Assembly (NCBI RefSeq): GCF_006345805.1
Contig: NC_043011.1
Coordinates: forward strand, 38,080,464 to 38,144,463
Direction of reading: 5' to 3'
Source of the DNA: Octopus sinensis
Taxonomy: Eukaryota
DNA length: 64,000 nt
The notes under the pieces were generated by a model. It did no database searches. It saw only the letters and a list, made by a program, of their open reading frames with translations, and was not told the DNA's origin. Both the position numbers and the translations under genes were made by a program. Positions 24,917 to 39,203 of the stretch are shown in pieces. The stretch's first letter is position 1; every line of letters begins with the position of its first letter.

Positions 24917-26720
24917 GCGCTTCCCTGCGTGCTGCTCTGCAGCGTGTTCAATGTGAAGACAAACTCTTACTTTTAGGCGACTTTAACGCGAGAGTGGGAT
25001 CAAACCATCGTATTTGGCATGGTATTCTCAGTAGACACGGCATTGGAAACTCCAACTCAATCGGTCTCCGCCTACTCGATCCTTGTTCTGAATTTTCACT
25101 TTGAATCATAAACTCGATGTTGCAACTTGCTGAGAAAGACAACATAGATGCACCCCAGATCCGAGTACTAGCACCTGATTGACTATACCATCACACGCCA
25201 CTCGCACCTGCAGGATGTGGAAATCACCAGAGTTATGCGCGGCGCGAGCTGTTGAGCTTGGTCCAGTACCGGATAGACTTCCGAATTTGTCCTCCTATCC
25301 GTAGGCAAAAGCTGCTAGAGAAGCTAAATATTGGAACCCTGCAGTCGCATGAAGCCCGCCAGAAACTGACAGTAACACTGGAACAATAGTTTGCCGAACT
25401 CTCTGATGTCGAGATTGGATCAACTGATGGACAAACGTTGACGTCAGAGTACAACACTCTTGCAACCGTTATCACTAACGCTGCCAAAGATATACTGAAT
25501 AGACGTCATCGAGACTGGCCTAATGAAAACTCGACGGAAACTCACTCACTCTTATGTGAGAAGAATGCTGCACACAACTGATATGTCTGTCAACCAACAG
25601 CAGCCAACCACAGACATTGGACAAGCCTCCATTCTGAGGTCCAGCAGAAACTTAGAACCATTCAGTACAACTGGCGAATAATTAAAGCACAAGAAATACA
25701 AGGCTATACTGACACAAAGAACATCCAAGTTTTCTACGAATCCATAAAGACTGCATACGGCCCAATTACATGATCATTCTGCCCTGTATGAAACGATGAT
25801 TCAACATCACCTATCAAGGACCGAGAAGGCATTCAGTCACGATGGGCTGACCATTTCAACATCCTCCTCAACCGTAGAAAACCCATAAACCCTTCTTTTC
25901 TTGACAACATCCTTCACTGCCACCCATGGATTGCCTAGATGATACACCAACCTTTTGAGAAATTGAATCTGCGATAAATAGTCTCAAGCTGACAAGACAT
26001 CCGGCATTGATTATCTGCCAGGCGAGATCTTGAGGTATGGCGGCCGGTCCCTCAAGATCCGCATCCATGCATTCATCTGCAGAGCATGGACTTCCCACTG
26101 TGTGCCTCAACAATGGAGAGATGCCAACATTTTTGCTAAAAACAAAAGTGACAGAGCAGTCTGTGGAAATAGCCGAGGCATCTCCTTGCTTTCGGTTGCT
26201 GGTAAGGTCCTTGCTCGAATTCGTCTATCACACCTTCTGAGCATGTTGCAGATGCCGTACTGCCTGGAACCCAATTTGGTTCCCGAAGCACCCGCTCAAC
26301 TGTTAACATGATCTTTGCTCACAGCATTTCTCCTAGAGAAGACGTGCGACAAACCATTCCCTTTAAATGGCTTTTATAAACTTAACCAAAGCCTTCGATA
26401 TCATTGACTGTGATGTCTTGTGGGGAATCCTGAAAAAATTTGGCTGCCCATCAAATTTTCTGGCCATTCTGAAGGACCTCCACAATGGAATGATCGCCAG
26501 AGTCGTCTGTAATGGCAGCCAGTCTGACTTCTTCCTGGTCCAAGTCGCTATCAAGCAAGGATTCGTACTTGCCACGGTCATCTTCAACTTCTACATAGCA
26601 GCCGTAGCCCTCCATGCCAGACATTCATTCAGGCTGGAAGATGCAATAGCTAACAGGTACCAGACGGATGGTAGTATTTTCAATCTGAGACGCCTGAAAT
26701 CTATAACAAAAACGTACTCT
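24917..26720 (+). mobile_element. RTE/BovB-like LINE remnant (endonuclease to mid-RT), many stops and frameshifts
   Basis: LLLGDFNARVG; HPRS..HLIDY; NSRGISLLSVAGKVLAR; AFINLTKAFD..LWGILKKFGCP; IKQG.VLA..FN; DGSIFNLRRLK. Confidence 0.88.
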
Positions 26721-26914
26721 CAAACGATTGGTAGGATCAGACGTGATTGATATATAATAATGTATATTTCGGATAATATACCCATTCTTTTCACAGATAT
26801 GAGTGCATCTTTTCCCTGACTTATGAACTCTTAGACGACTATGTAAGTTTAACTCCATAGATTTCTGATAGCTTCCAGAGACGGAACGCGTAACATGTGT
26901 GTAAACGATACTAT

Positions 26915-27190
<276 letters not shown>

Positions 27191-28436
27191 TAAGAGGCAG
27201 TGGTCAAGTCACGACCTTTACTATACATTTCGCCACGTGTTGCGATTGTTCTGGGTGATACCCAGTCCCGTCTTCTGCAAAAGAAACGGCTGCAGTATGA
27301 AGGCAAGCTGACAGGTAAATTTTAGTATCGTCCTAACAAATTGAACCTTCTTAAGAATGTTGGTGGTAGTGCTTAATCGTTTGACTGGTTATCGTATTTT
27401 TTTTCTCAGCATAATATTATGCAGTAACATACATTAAATGTAGTTTCTTAATCAAATTCCGATCTCTTCTGAACAAATATCAAAAGGTAGAAAGGAATAT
27501 CAGAAGGCATATGAAAATAAATAAGGCATATAAGAAAATAAAGCTGCAAGGATTCGAAAATTAATTTTCTAGCCTACTGAGTATGCAGAGGAGAGAACAG
27601 CGTAAGATGTGAATATTGTCAAAGGGCTTGTGGAATTGATCTCAAAGCACCCTTTTGCAATTTCATTTTCGCGTTTGAAGAATATTTCTCTGATTGATTT
27701 GCTTACTCGGGATTAAATCCTGCAATATTTCTAGTTTTATTAAATACTTTTAGGAACGTTAAAAGCTTGTTTGCTGCAATGTCCCCTGTCACCATAAAAT
27801 GCCTCGCGTTTATTTTGGACTTGTTTAGAGTTTTAACACTCCCAGAAGTTTATCATATTTTTTTTCTTTATTTCTTTCTATAACCTGCTCGCCTCACATT
27901 TATCCTGAGATCTTCTGATGCAATTTCTCCTTTTTTATCGTCGTAAAAATTAATAACAATTGTAAATATTAATCATTTTCGTTTCCTATGAGGTTTTATA
28001 CGGTAATAAATGTTATATTTTTATATGAAAACGCTAAATGTAATTTAACCTCATTGCATGTTTTAACTGTAAAAAGTGTGTGGTGGGGATGGGGAGAGTT
28101 GCTTATTTTTCAATATCAAAAGAGAGCCTTTGAGCAAAAAGAGGGTAAGAAACCACTGTCATAGCAGTAATTACATTGACATATTGAGATAAAAGGTTTA
28201 TCATTGATTTTCAATCGACTTTCGATTATATTTTTTCTCATTTATTTCTGGATTCAGTTTATGTAGTTGCGCAAATAACACAGCGCAAGGATATTTTCCC
28301 GTTCAATGCTAGATCAACGACGACTAACATCACCTAAAGTCTAAAATTAAAAGACAAACTTATTCAGTTATTGATATTATCATTTGTATTAAAAATATCT
28401 TTCTGATTCGATTATTTGTAATATCCTTATATTGTA

Positions 28437-29209
28437 TTGGGTTGTCCGGAAAGTTCGTGCCGATTTATAGTAGCTTAACTTTCAACTTATGCACGGGGAC
28501 GTGGAATTACTTGGGTTGGTGCCCAGGCGCACGGTTGTCTCCCTTGAACTAGGAGCTCCCCCCTCTGTTGTTGCCATAATATCTCCCAAAGAGAGGAAAA
28601 TTCTGAGAGAAAACCTGCGACACTGACGATATTCCATGATGTATTGGGTTGTCCAGAAAGTTCATGCCGATTTATAGCAGCTTACCTTTCGACTTATTTT
28701 AGAACATGGTTGAGTCCATAAAATAGGATTTTACTACACCTCCATTTAGAGCACAGTTTAAGCTCTCTTTTCGTGGGAGAAGGTTTATGTTACTATAACC
28801 TGTGTTAATTCTGTAACCCTTTAAAATGGAAGATAAGTAAGTTCATTTTCGGCACTTGATGCTTTGGGAACCAGACAAAAAGTGCTGCAGCTCGGCTGGG
28901 ATGTGTTACCCCACCCTCCATATTCACCAAATGTTGCTCCTTCGGATTTCCACTTATTCAGGTCTCTGCAGAATAGTCTTAATGGTAAAAATTTCAATTC
29001 CTTGAATGACGTAAAAAGATATCTTGATGAATTCTTTGCCATGAAACTACCTCAATTCTGGGAAGAGGGTATTTTCAAGTTAAAGGAAAGATGGAGACGT
29101 ATTGTCCAACAAAATGGTTCATATTTGGCTGACTAAAACTGTATTGGCAACTATTTATTGACCTTTTTCTTTCCTTTAAAAATCGGCACGAATTTTCCGG
29201 ACAACCCAA
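28437..29209 (+). mobile_element. Internally deleted mariner with a duplicated left end
   Basis: TA|TTGGGTTGTCCGGAAAGTTCGTGCCGATTT at 28437, second copy at 28644, inverted copy at 29180-29209; MEDK*VHFRHLMLWE joined to GWDVLPHPPYSPNVAPSDFHLFRSLQN...RWRRIVQQNGSY. Confidence 0.92.
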
Positions 29210-29946
29210 AACATTGAAATCAATAGCGGTGAGTTTTGTTATCGTTGTTTTATGTCGTCGTGTTTTTAACCCGATATCGATCGTGAGCTCGTTGATTTGC
29301 ATAATCAAAATCCTTCAAATCACGATTTCCCTTAACATTAGTTTATTTGAGGTTGTTTATCTCCGACTACGTTATCCAAAGTGCAAGTATGACAGTGCTA
29401 ACATTTGTATAATGAAAGTAGGGGTTAATCGGAGGGGGTTGTCGTTACAACTTCTAGCAAACTATCAGCCAAGTAGAAAAGGGGTCACCAAATTATTTTG
29501 TCGTTAGTTTATTTTTAGTATATCTTAATATGGATCATGGCTTATATTTATATTATGTCATGTTACATATAAAAATACCCCCCTTGATAATGCTTATGTA
29601 TGCATACATTTAGCAAATTATAATACTAAAGCTATCTTAAATCATTCAACGACTCAATGGCACACGAATGCATTAAATTTCAGCATTCCTTAAAACTATT
29701 CAAGACACACGAAAAAATACCTGAAAGGCCTACTTGGCGGTTACGTCTTATATGTTGCTGGTCCCTGAAGTAGAGTCTTTCTCATTAGATCTATTGAATA
29801 GTCTTTAAGAGGACAGGGGAAAAAGGTTGATGTTAAATATTCTGATGAAATTGCAATGAAGCACGGGAAAAGCTTGATTGTAGCTTGGCATCTATTTATA
29901 ATTTGAGGGAGCATACCACTCACAATCTGCGCATGTTTTCCTTAAT

Positions 29947-30335
29947 TTTTTTTTTTTCGGAAGCACTCCGTCGGTTACGACGACGAGGGTTCCGGTTGAT
30001 CAGAATCAACGGAACAGCCTGCTCGTGAAATTAACGTGTAAGTGGCTGAGCACTCCACAGACACGTGTACCCTTAACGTAGTTCTCGGGGATATTCAGCG
30101 TGACACAGAGAGTGACAAGGCCGGCCCATTGAAATACAGGTACAACAGAAACAGGAAGTAAGAGAAAGTTGTGGTGAAAGAGTACATAGGGATCACCACC
30201 ATCCCCTGCCGGTGTCTCGTGGAGTTTTAGGTGTTTTCGCTCAATAAACACTCACAACGCCCGGACTGCGAATCGAAACCGCGATCCTATGACCGCGAGT
30301 CCGCATCCCTAACCACTGGGTCATTGCGCCTCCAC
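29947..30335 (-). mobile_element. Full-length SINE head A (tRNA-Arg-like) + tail T1
   Basis: TSD TTTCCTTAAT at 29937-29946 and 30336-30345; poly(A) on the minus strand; A/B boxes. Confidence 0.9.
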
Positions 30336-31574
30336 TTTCCTTAATAGGGTTGAATAGAAACTAAATGCTATGTAGTGTATAACCAGTTTATTAGGTTTTT
30401 ATTTTTGTTTTACAATTTAATGCTTGCACAAAAATAATTGTTCACTTAGACCACTAATAAAACATTAGTAAGGAGATGGTATTCTATTAAACTTTACCCA
30501 GTATTTAAAAGAATCGAACCTCTATGAAATAAGGAGATAAATGATGTTTAAAATGAATTGTAAAGGATGAAGCTATAGTGGAAATGGTTAAGTACCAAGT
30601 TAAATATAATGTTAGTATTCATGTGTCTTTCTCTATGCTCAGAATTTAAATCGTGTCGCCGTCGACTTAAACTTTTCATTACCTTTTCAAGTAGCTGCAA
30701 CCAAGATATATTTATCTACATTGTGTCAGGTATCCTATTCTTCCATTACCTGTAACCGGTCCTCACCGCTATATGGTATATTTCTGTTAAAAATATCAAT
30801 GATTCGAAGTCGTTCTGCATTATACTGCAGAAGTCTCCAAAATATAGCACCGTGCCACATGACCATGTTTTCACCATGTTAGCAACGTCCAACATAGCCT
30901 ACTACACGAAGGGTTGCATTACCAAAAATGGTTTCAACAAAGACAGAACAACACAACTTCTTGACCGATGTAGCTTGAGACCAATGCCATAAAAGATGTT
31001 CCTAGCAGAATACAAAATGTGAGAACTGATAGAGTAAGAATTTTTATCCGATCTTTTAAAATTTACAGCGGTTCACCACACAAAATCGTACTTCTTAATT
31101 GTTGATGAAAAGGTGAAATGCTAAGTTGATCGTGGCTGAATTTGAAACTGAGCATAAAAGGTTCGAACATATATTGTGAGTTATTCTGTTGAACGCACTA
31201 ACACCTGTGCTACTTCCCTCATTTGAGGCATTTAATGGTATCAACGGACAAACCGTTGTATGTGTCCAGTTGAACAACATTATTTCAGTTAGAATCGTCA
31301 AAGCACTCGGTGTCATGTGATACAAGACGGAACTATCATAATACTGCGATAATTTGAATCGGCTGCAATAATTAGCTAGATATTCTACTCTTATGCCGTT
31401 GTCATTTGTCATATATATACACGCATACACACACACGCACACACACACACACACACAAACACAAATACACACACACATATAGATGTATGTATAAGATATA
31501 TAAATATATATATTTATATATATGTATGTACTGTATATACACATATACACACACACGCACACACACACACGCAT

Positions 31575-31639
<65 letters not shown>

Positions 31640-32650
31640 CCGTAAAAAAATTGCACCTATATATTTGTCTGTTGGGCGGATATATTCTATAAAATAATAC
31701 ACTACTATTAATATATTTATATATCAAACGGAATCACTGCTAGATTAAAACGGAAAACTGCGTATCATACTTAGTGCGAATACATATACATATATACGCA
31801 GGAGACAAACTTCCATGTTTTGCCGCCGTTTAAAACAAAAATAATAGATGAGGTTCGCGACTCACAATTTTTCCAAAACTCTGTTTTCAAGAAATCCTGT
31901 TAATTCTGTTTGACGCTCCGGGCATGAAATGCGAGGCCTTCTTCTATAACATTTAATTTCAAAGAAAACGATCTGTTTCTCTCTTTCAGCATCGACCGTT
32001 CATATCACGCTTCGCTAGAACGCAATTGCAATTACTGTAGTTCTTAAAACATCGACTGAATACATCGAAACCATAGCAACAAAAAATAATGTCACTTGAG
32101 AAATCATGTGAGAGACATTATGGAAACATGTTGACGGGGACCTAATTACTTACTGTATAGAATTCTTACTTAAATGTCGTATTAAATGCTGATTCGCTCC
32201 ACTATGCTTAACCTATATAAACTAAAAACTGTATGGCCACGTTAACAAGAGTGAACTCATAATGAAAATATGAGCGACATACCAATTGTTGTTGTTTAAA
32301 AGGTACCTAGAAATGATTTAAATTAATTTAGTGTATTTTTTCATTCTGAGTTACAATTCTGTCGGAAACAACTTTCACTTTCCAGGTGTCGACTTTGACT
32401 TCTAATTTAATCTGTCACCAGTAACGCTGTCTTATATTGTTTATTACCGTGCTGTAGCTAATGTTGAAGTAGGATGTGTTGTAAAAAGCACAAGACAAAC
32501 ACGAAGTAAAAACAAAAGCACAGAATTCATTCGGCAGGTGCTCAGGAAAAAAAGAGGAAAAAACAGAAATAAATGCCTTTGGAGTGTTCAAGATTATTGT
32601 AAAAGGATAGGCAAAGATAGGAAACCCAAAAACGGAGGATGTGACATGCT

Positions 32651-32975
<325 letters not shown>

Positions 32976-33011
32976 TAGTAGCAGTGCTTGTTGTCGCACA
33001 TTGCTGTTGCT

Positions 33012-33412
33012 CTTTTACTTGTTTCTGTCATTTGACTGCGGCCATGCTGGAGAACCGCCTTTAGTCGAGCAAAAAGACCCCAGGACTTATTCTTTGTAAG
33101 CCTAGTGCTTATGCTATCAATTTTTTGCCGGACCACTAATATACGGGGACGTAAACACACCAGCATCGGTTGTCAAGTGATGTTGGGGGGTGGGGGCAAA
33201 CACAAACACAAACATATACACTCATAGACATATATACATATATATATACATGTATACGACGGGCTTCTTTCAGTTTCCGTCTACCAAATCCACTCACAAG
33301 GTTTTGGTCGGCCCGAGGCTATGGTAGAAGACACTTGCCCAAGGCGCCACGCAGTGGCACTGAACCAGGAACCATGTGGTTCGTAAGCAAGCTACTTACC
33401 ACACAGCAACTC
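33012..33412 (-). mobile_element. SINE family C
   Basis: Matches 20575-20981. Confidence 0.85.
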
Positions 33413-33849
33413 ACATTTCAAAACTAATCGCATGTCAAAACTCTCTTTTCTGCTCCATCCCTGACCATCTCGTGACTTCATGATTCAATATTACTGAAAA
33501 GAGTAGGTGGCGACGAGCCGGCAGAATATCGTTAGAACACGAACCAAAATGCTTAGCGAAATTTCGTCCGTCTTTACGGTCTAAGATCAAATGTCACCGA
33601 GGTGGACTTTGTCCTTCATCTTATCTGGGTCGATAAAATAAGTACTGAAGTCGAAGTTATCGACTCACACGCTCCTCCGAATTTGCTGGCCTTGTTTTAA
33701 AAATTGAAATCAATATTACCGAAGAGAGTAGGCGTCGACGAGCCAGCAGAATATCGTTAGTATGTCGGACAATATACTTAACAGTATTTTTTCCGGTTTC
33801 ACATTCTGAGTTCAATTTCCGCCGAGAGTGTCTTTGCCTTTCATCCTTT

Positions 33850-33888
<39 letters not shown>

Positions 33889-34208
33889 CGGAGATGTACT
33901 CGCATAGCAAGTAATTTGATCTGAGATCATGTGCTGAAACGAAAACAATTGCAGCGTGGAAGGTGTTTATAAGCCATTTAAGAAACACACAAAAGCCGTT
34001 CGAGTCACTTCAACATTTAAGTTTAATTTGTCAAAATATTTTAGCGACGAAAATATCTTGACAAATTAAACTTAAATGTTGAAGTAGTGAACAGGTCGCG
34101 GATTTTAGCGACGAAAATATTTTGACAAATTAAACTTAAATGTTGAAGTGAATCGAACGGCTTTTGTGTGTTTCTTAAATGGCTTATAAACACCCTCCAC
34201 GCTGCAAT
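33889..34208. repeat. Fold-back arrangement of a dispersed repeat (also at 56516-56680 + and 57955-58060 -)
   Basis: Arms 33948-34042 and 34113-34208 are near-perfect reverse complements. Confidence 0.85.
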
Positions 34209-34221
34209 AGTTATATATATA

Positions 34222-34445
34222 TTCATTTTCATTTACTTGTTTCAGTCATTTGCCTGCGGCCATGCTGCAGTACCGCCTTTTAGTCGAACAGATCTACCCC
34301 AGAACTTATTCTTCGTAAGCTCAGTACTTATCCTATCGGGATCTTTTGTCGAACCGCTAAGTTACGGAGACGTACACACACCCACATCAGATGTCAAGCG
34401 ATGATGAGGTACAAGCATAGACACAGACACACACAAATATATACA

Positions 34446-34541
<96 letters not shown>

Positions 34542-34874
34542 ATATATATATATATATACACAATATATACATATATATATATATACATTTTCATTTACTT
34601 GTTTCAGTCATTTGCCTGCGGCCATGCTGCAGTACCGCCTTTTAGTCGAACAGATCGACCCCAGAAATTATTCTTCGTAAGCTCAGTACTTATCCTATCG
34701 GGATCTTTTGTCGAACCGCTAAGTTACGGAGACGTAAACACGCCCACATCAGTTGTCAAGCGATGATGAGGTACAAGCATAGACCAGACACACACAAATA
34801 TATACATATATTATATATATATATATATATACACTATATATATATATATAATATATATATATACATATATATAT

Positions 34875-34924
<50 letters not shown>

Positions 34925-34945
34925 ATTATATATACACACACAATA
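34222..34945. repeat. 362-bp tandem duplication of a SINE C 3' half plus (TA)n
   Basis: Matching starts at 34401 and 34763 (MMRYKHR in the ORF track). Confidence 0.85.
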
Positions 34946-35009
34946 TATACATATATATACAAAATTGATACCAATTTAATTAACGTTAACTTTTATCCTC
35001 ATTCTTTAA

Positions 35010-35048
<39 letters not shown>

Positions 35049-35107
35049 AATTCAAACACACACAAACAGACACACACACACACAGAGACACACATACATA
35101 CATATAG

Positions 35108-35156
<49 letters not shown>

Positions 35157-35164
35157 TATATATT

Positions 35165-36457
35165 GATAAAACGGTAAGATAACAAAAGAAAGAAAGAAAC
35201 CTCATATTATGTAAATAGAGGAAATTTATCTATACAATATGTTACATTACTCGGTAGTCAAGATAAAACTCTGAGTTTCAGATGCCGAAGTGGAAATCCA
35301 CAACACCATCTCTTCGAAATTTAGTCACATGTGGGCATGATCCGAAAAGCTCCGTCCTTGTATTTAGACATGTGGTAGGGTCTAAGCTGCTTTTCCAGAT
35401 AAGCCATCTCTCCATGTCGCATAAACCGCACCTTCCGCTGCCGTTAGTATAGGGCTTACATCTGGCCAAAATCTTCCATTGTATGTTATAATCGACACCT
35501 TTATCTCTTAAAGACCAAATATGATTGGATAATTGTTTCGCTTTTCTTTTGTTCCAGTGCCTAAAGCTCAAAGTGTGGTTATTGAACCTGGCCTTGAAAT
35601 TACCCTCTGTCAGGCCCACGTATTTCTTCGTCGAAACGGTGTCTTTAGTGGTATAGAGTTTACGGTAGCTTCATATATGATGGTCTTGGACATGCAAGCT
35701 CCATTTAGCGGGCACAATTCTTTATTCCTGCATGACCTGTTTTCTTCTTGTGTTTTTTGTATGTTATGATTGATTATGTTTTTAAAATTGGTAGTTGAAC
35801 TAAAACTAATTTTTAAATTGTGTCTATTGAAGATTTCCTATAAGCATGGTTACTGAAAATGTCTATCTATCAGTGCTAGGAAATATTTACCTATATTGAA
35901 GGCCACCTCGGGTGAGTAAGGGGGCGTAAACCAGATGACCTTCCTATTTCTATTATTCCTTTTCCTTATTGTTGGGCTGGTGATAGGTGGTACATTTTAT
36001 TTTTTTCGCTAAAACCACTATCTTTTAAAGCTTTATTATAAACTGGGGCAACGCTATTGAAGATGTCCTCATTAGATGAGAGGCTAAAAATCCTCTTACT
36101 AATATTTTTAACTAAATTTTTGAATACTATAGGGGGATGGCATGAACCTACATTAATATAACTTAGTCTATCATTGGGCTTCCTATAAAGCTTATAAATA
36201 TTATTATTAAGATCTAAGGAAACGTCTAAGAATTGACAACCGTCAGGTTAGTGTCTATAGTTATACTAAGTCCGAAGTGTTTCATTAACTGGATATATCC
36301 CTCCTAAAACGATCTTGTGCTGGTCCATTTGTATTAGCTGTTAAGGCGAGGGCATCATCTTTGTAGATGGCGAAATGTACGTTAGGGAATGTCTTACCGA
36401 AGGTATCTAGGAGAAAGAGTTTTATCTTGACTACCGAGTAATGTAACATATTGTATA
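35165..36457 (-). mobile_element. Penelope-like element (Neptune-like), 5'-truncated, with inverted terminal copy
   Basis: YKDDAL RT motif; LDVSLDL..YKLYRKPND..YINVGSCHPP thumb; CRNKELCPLNGAC...YVGLTEGNFKARFNNH...LSNHIW...CGLC...LNTRTEL GIY-YIG domain; perfect 42-bp inverted repeat 35231-35272 / 36416-36457. Confidence 0.92.
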
Positions 36458-36477
36458 TATATATATATATATATATA

Positions 36478-36636
36478 TACGACATGCTTCTTTCACTTTC
36501 CGTCTACCAAATCAGATCACAAGGCTTTGGTCGCCCCAACGCTATAGTAGAAGACATTTGCCAAATGTGTCACGCAGTGTACACATCAGGAACCATGTGG
36601 CTGGGAAGCAAGCTTGTTACCACACAGCCACGCCTA
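36478..36636 (-). mobile_element. SINE family C, 5' half
   Basis: TTTCACTTTCCGTCTACCAAATC...ACCACACAGCC. Confidence 0.75.
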
Positions 36637-37049
36637 TATGTAATAATTACCAAGTCAACCATTGAGTTCGATGCAATCTACCAAATTTCAGGACTTCTGC
36701 ATATTGCAGAAAGGATCATTATAAAGAGTGGGATTTTGTGATTTAGAAGTGATTTAGTAGGACAAATAAACAAATGATAAATCATCACATATACCCTCGA
36801 TCGTTTTTGAAATCGATTTAACGGTCAGCAACAATGTAGAGGGATGACATCAATCCCGTGTTCATCTGTTCCAAATTTTATCGACGCTGATGGAAGAATT
36901 TGAACTCGGAACCTAATAAGTCGGGGAAAATTCCACTACGAATTTTGTACGCTTTACTAACGATACTGCTAGAAAGCCGACATAAGTGCCTGCTAAATAA
37001 TTATTTCTACTATAGGCACCAGGCACGAAATTTAGTGCAAGGTCTAGTC

Positions 37050-37426
<377 letters not shown>

Positions 37427-37957
37427 GCCTAGTCGATTATATTGATTTCACTGTTCAACTGATATTTATTTTATAAACGCCAAAAAGGTGAAAGACGATG
37501 CAGACAACGGTAGAATTTCAACTCAGAACGTAAATTGCCGGAAGAAATGCCATAAACATTTTGTCCAACGCATTTACGATTCTGTTAGCTCCACGCCTTA
37601 ATCTACTGTTATATAATGGAGAGAGTCCAATCTATTATACGCTAAATATAAAACCTCATATCTATGTAATATTATTCATTGCGACTTATTAATATTTGAA
37701 AGTCTAATCTTTACTTTAGAAGCATCCTAAGGATATGACAATTGAAATTATAATATAAGTTTAAATAAGTGCAGGAGTTACTTACCAAGTTATAACTTGG
37801 ATGAATGGCTCTTTTAATTAAGAATGTACTTTCGTATGGAATGCAAGATATTATATGTAAATTCACTGTAAATCAATCATTTGCTGTGATATAAATATGA
37901 TGGAAAGTTTTATATATTTGAGTTATATAATAATATTTGAGTTCTTTAATATTTGAG

Positions 37958-37989
<32 letters not shown>

Positions 37990-37992
<3 letters not shown>

Positions 37993-38203
37993 TCGCCATG
38001 TTGATTCGCTAGCTTCTGCACGCATTTTTTTTCTCTCCTTGTTTCTTTCCGTGTTTCTTTTCTGTGTATCTTTCTGTTGAAGAGCGTAGGCTCGAAGCGT
38101 AAAAGATTTGTTTTATTTATATTCCTGAGCGGCATACTAATACAATTGTTTGTTTGTATTCCACCTGCCTTCGTCTTTTTTTTATTTTCATAAAGCTTCC
38201 CGT
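37990..38203 (+). mobile_element. CUGUUGA-family PLE-terminal-like element
   Basis: ATCTTT|CTGTTGA|A|GAGC-GTAG-GCTC|GAAG|CG|T|A|AAAGAT at 38068-38107. Confidence 0.7.
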
Positions 38204-38648
38204 TATATATATATATATATATATATAGCTATGGTATATTCTGTTAAGAACGTAGTAGAGTACAGTATAAAGCTCGTTCATCTTCAGTTTTCACCCTGTG
38301 CTAACCAGTAGTAGTATAATACCTACTTCCAGATTTGCATGTTGGTATCTCTTTTGTGTGAACAGATAATGAAAAAAATTTTAAATCAACTAGAAAGAAT
38401 ACGGTTGGACATTTATTTTCAATCACTACAATTGTTTCTATGCAACGTAGTTCTCCAGGCGTGCAGGTACCTGGTCATGTAACCGTTTCCCTGCATTATG
38501 AGATTTAGTTGAGTTTGCTCAGACAATATATGAATATTGTCTCCATAACTTCAAATGGTCGGCCTGAAGAATAACCTCTCCGTTTTTCGTGGCCTGAATT
38601 CAGTAGTAGTCACTGAGTTTAACAAGGTGTGTAGTTGTTGAAGGACCG

Positions 38649-38692
<44 letters not shown>

Positions 38693-38699
38693 ATATGTT

Positions 38700-39009
38700 A
38701 ATATATTACAATTATTCAATATGCGTCCTTATTAAATTCTTCTGTGTGTTAAAGTCCTCAACCGATGTTAGGCTATAATCCAAAAAAGCCGTATTACCTC
38801 TTAGTGAAGAATAGCGTCGTTCGGGAGGTAATTTATTGGTAAAAACGGTAAGATAACAAAAGAAAGAAAGAGACCTCAATATTATGTAAATAGAGGAAAT
38901 TTATCTATAAAATCATATCTTACAATTATTCAATATGCGTCCATATTAAATTCTTCTGTTTGTTAGAGTCCTCAACCGATGTTAGGCGATAATCCAAAAA
39001 AGCCCGAAC

Positions 39010-39059
<50 letters not shown>

Positions 39060-39203
39060 AGAAGAAATGAGGTAATCAGAAGATCGGATGGGTCATGTTT
39101 ATAGATATTATTTATATATTACATTTTTTACATATATATATCATATCATTCAGATTATTAGCGCTTTCTCCCATTCCAGTGGGGTTTTCAAATCAAATCA
39201 ATT

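Noticed and set aside
26860-26900. CUGAUAG-CUUCC..GGAA-CGCG-UA motif
   Set aside because: Needs several assumed mutations; stem I pairs only 4 of 6.
27200-28160. Possible hAT relic (AAGAAACCACTG end at ~28150), a 39-codon exon-like frame ending at a GTAAAT donor (27314), and a short stretch resembling a gustatory-receptor C-terminus
   Set aside because: No partner TIR or TSD; the similarities are too weak to call by eye.
31095-31410. About 100 open codons on the minus strand behind a microsatellite
   Set aside because: No motif or clean donor site; compatible with chance.
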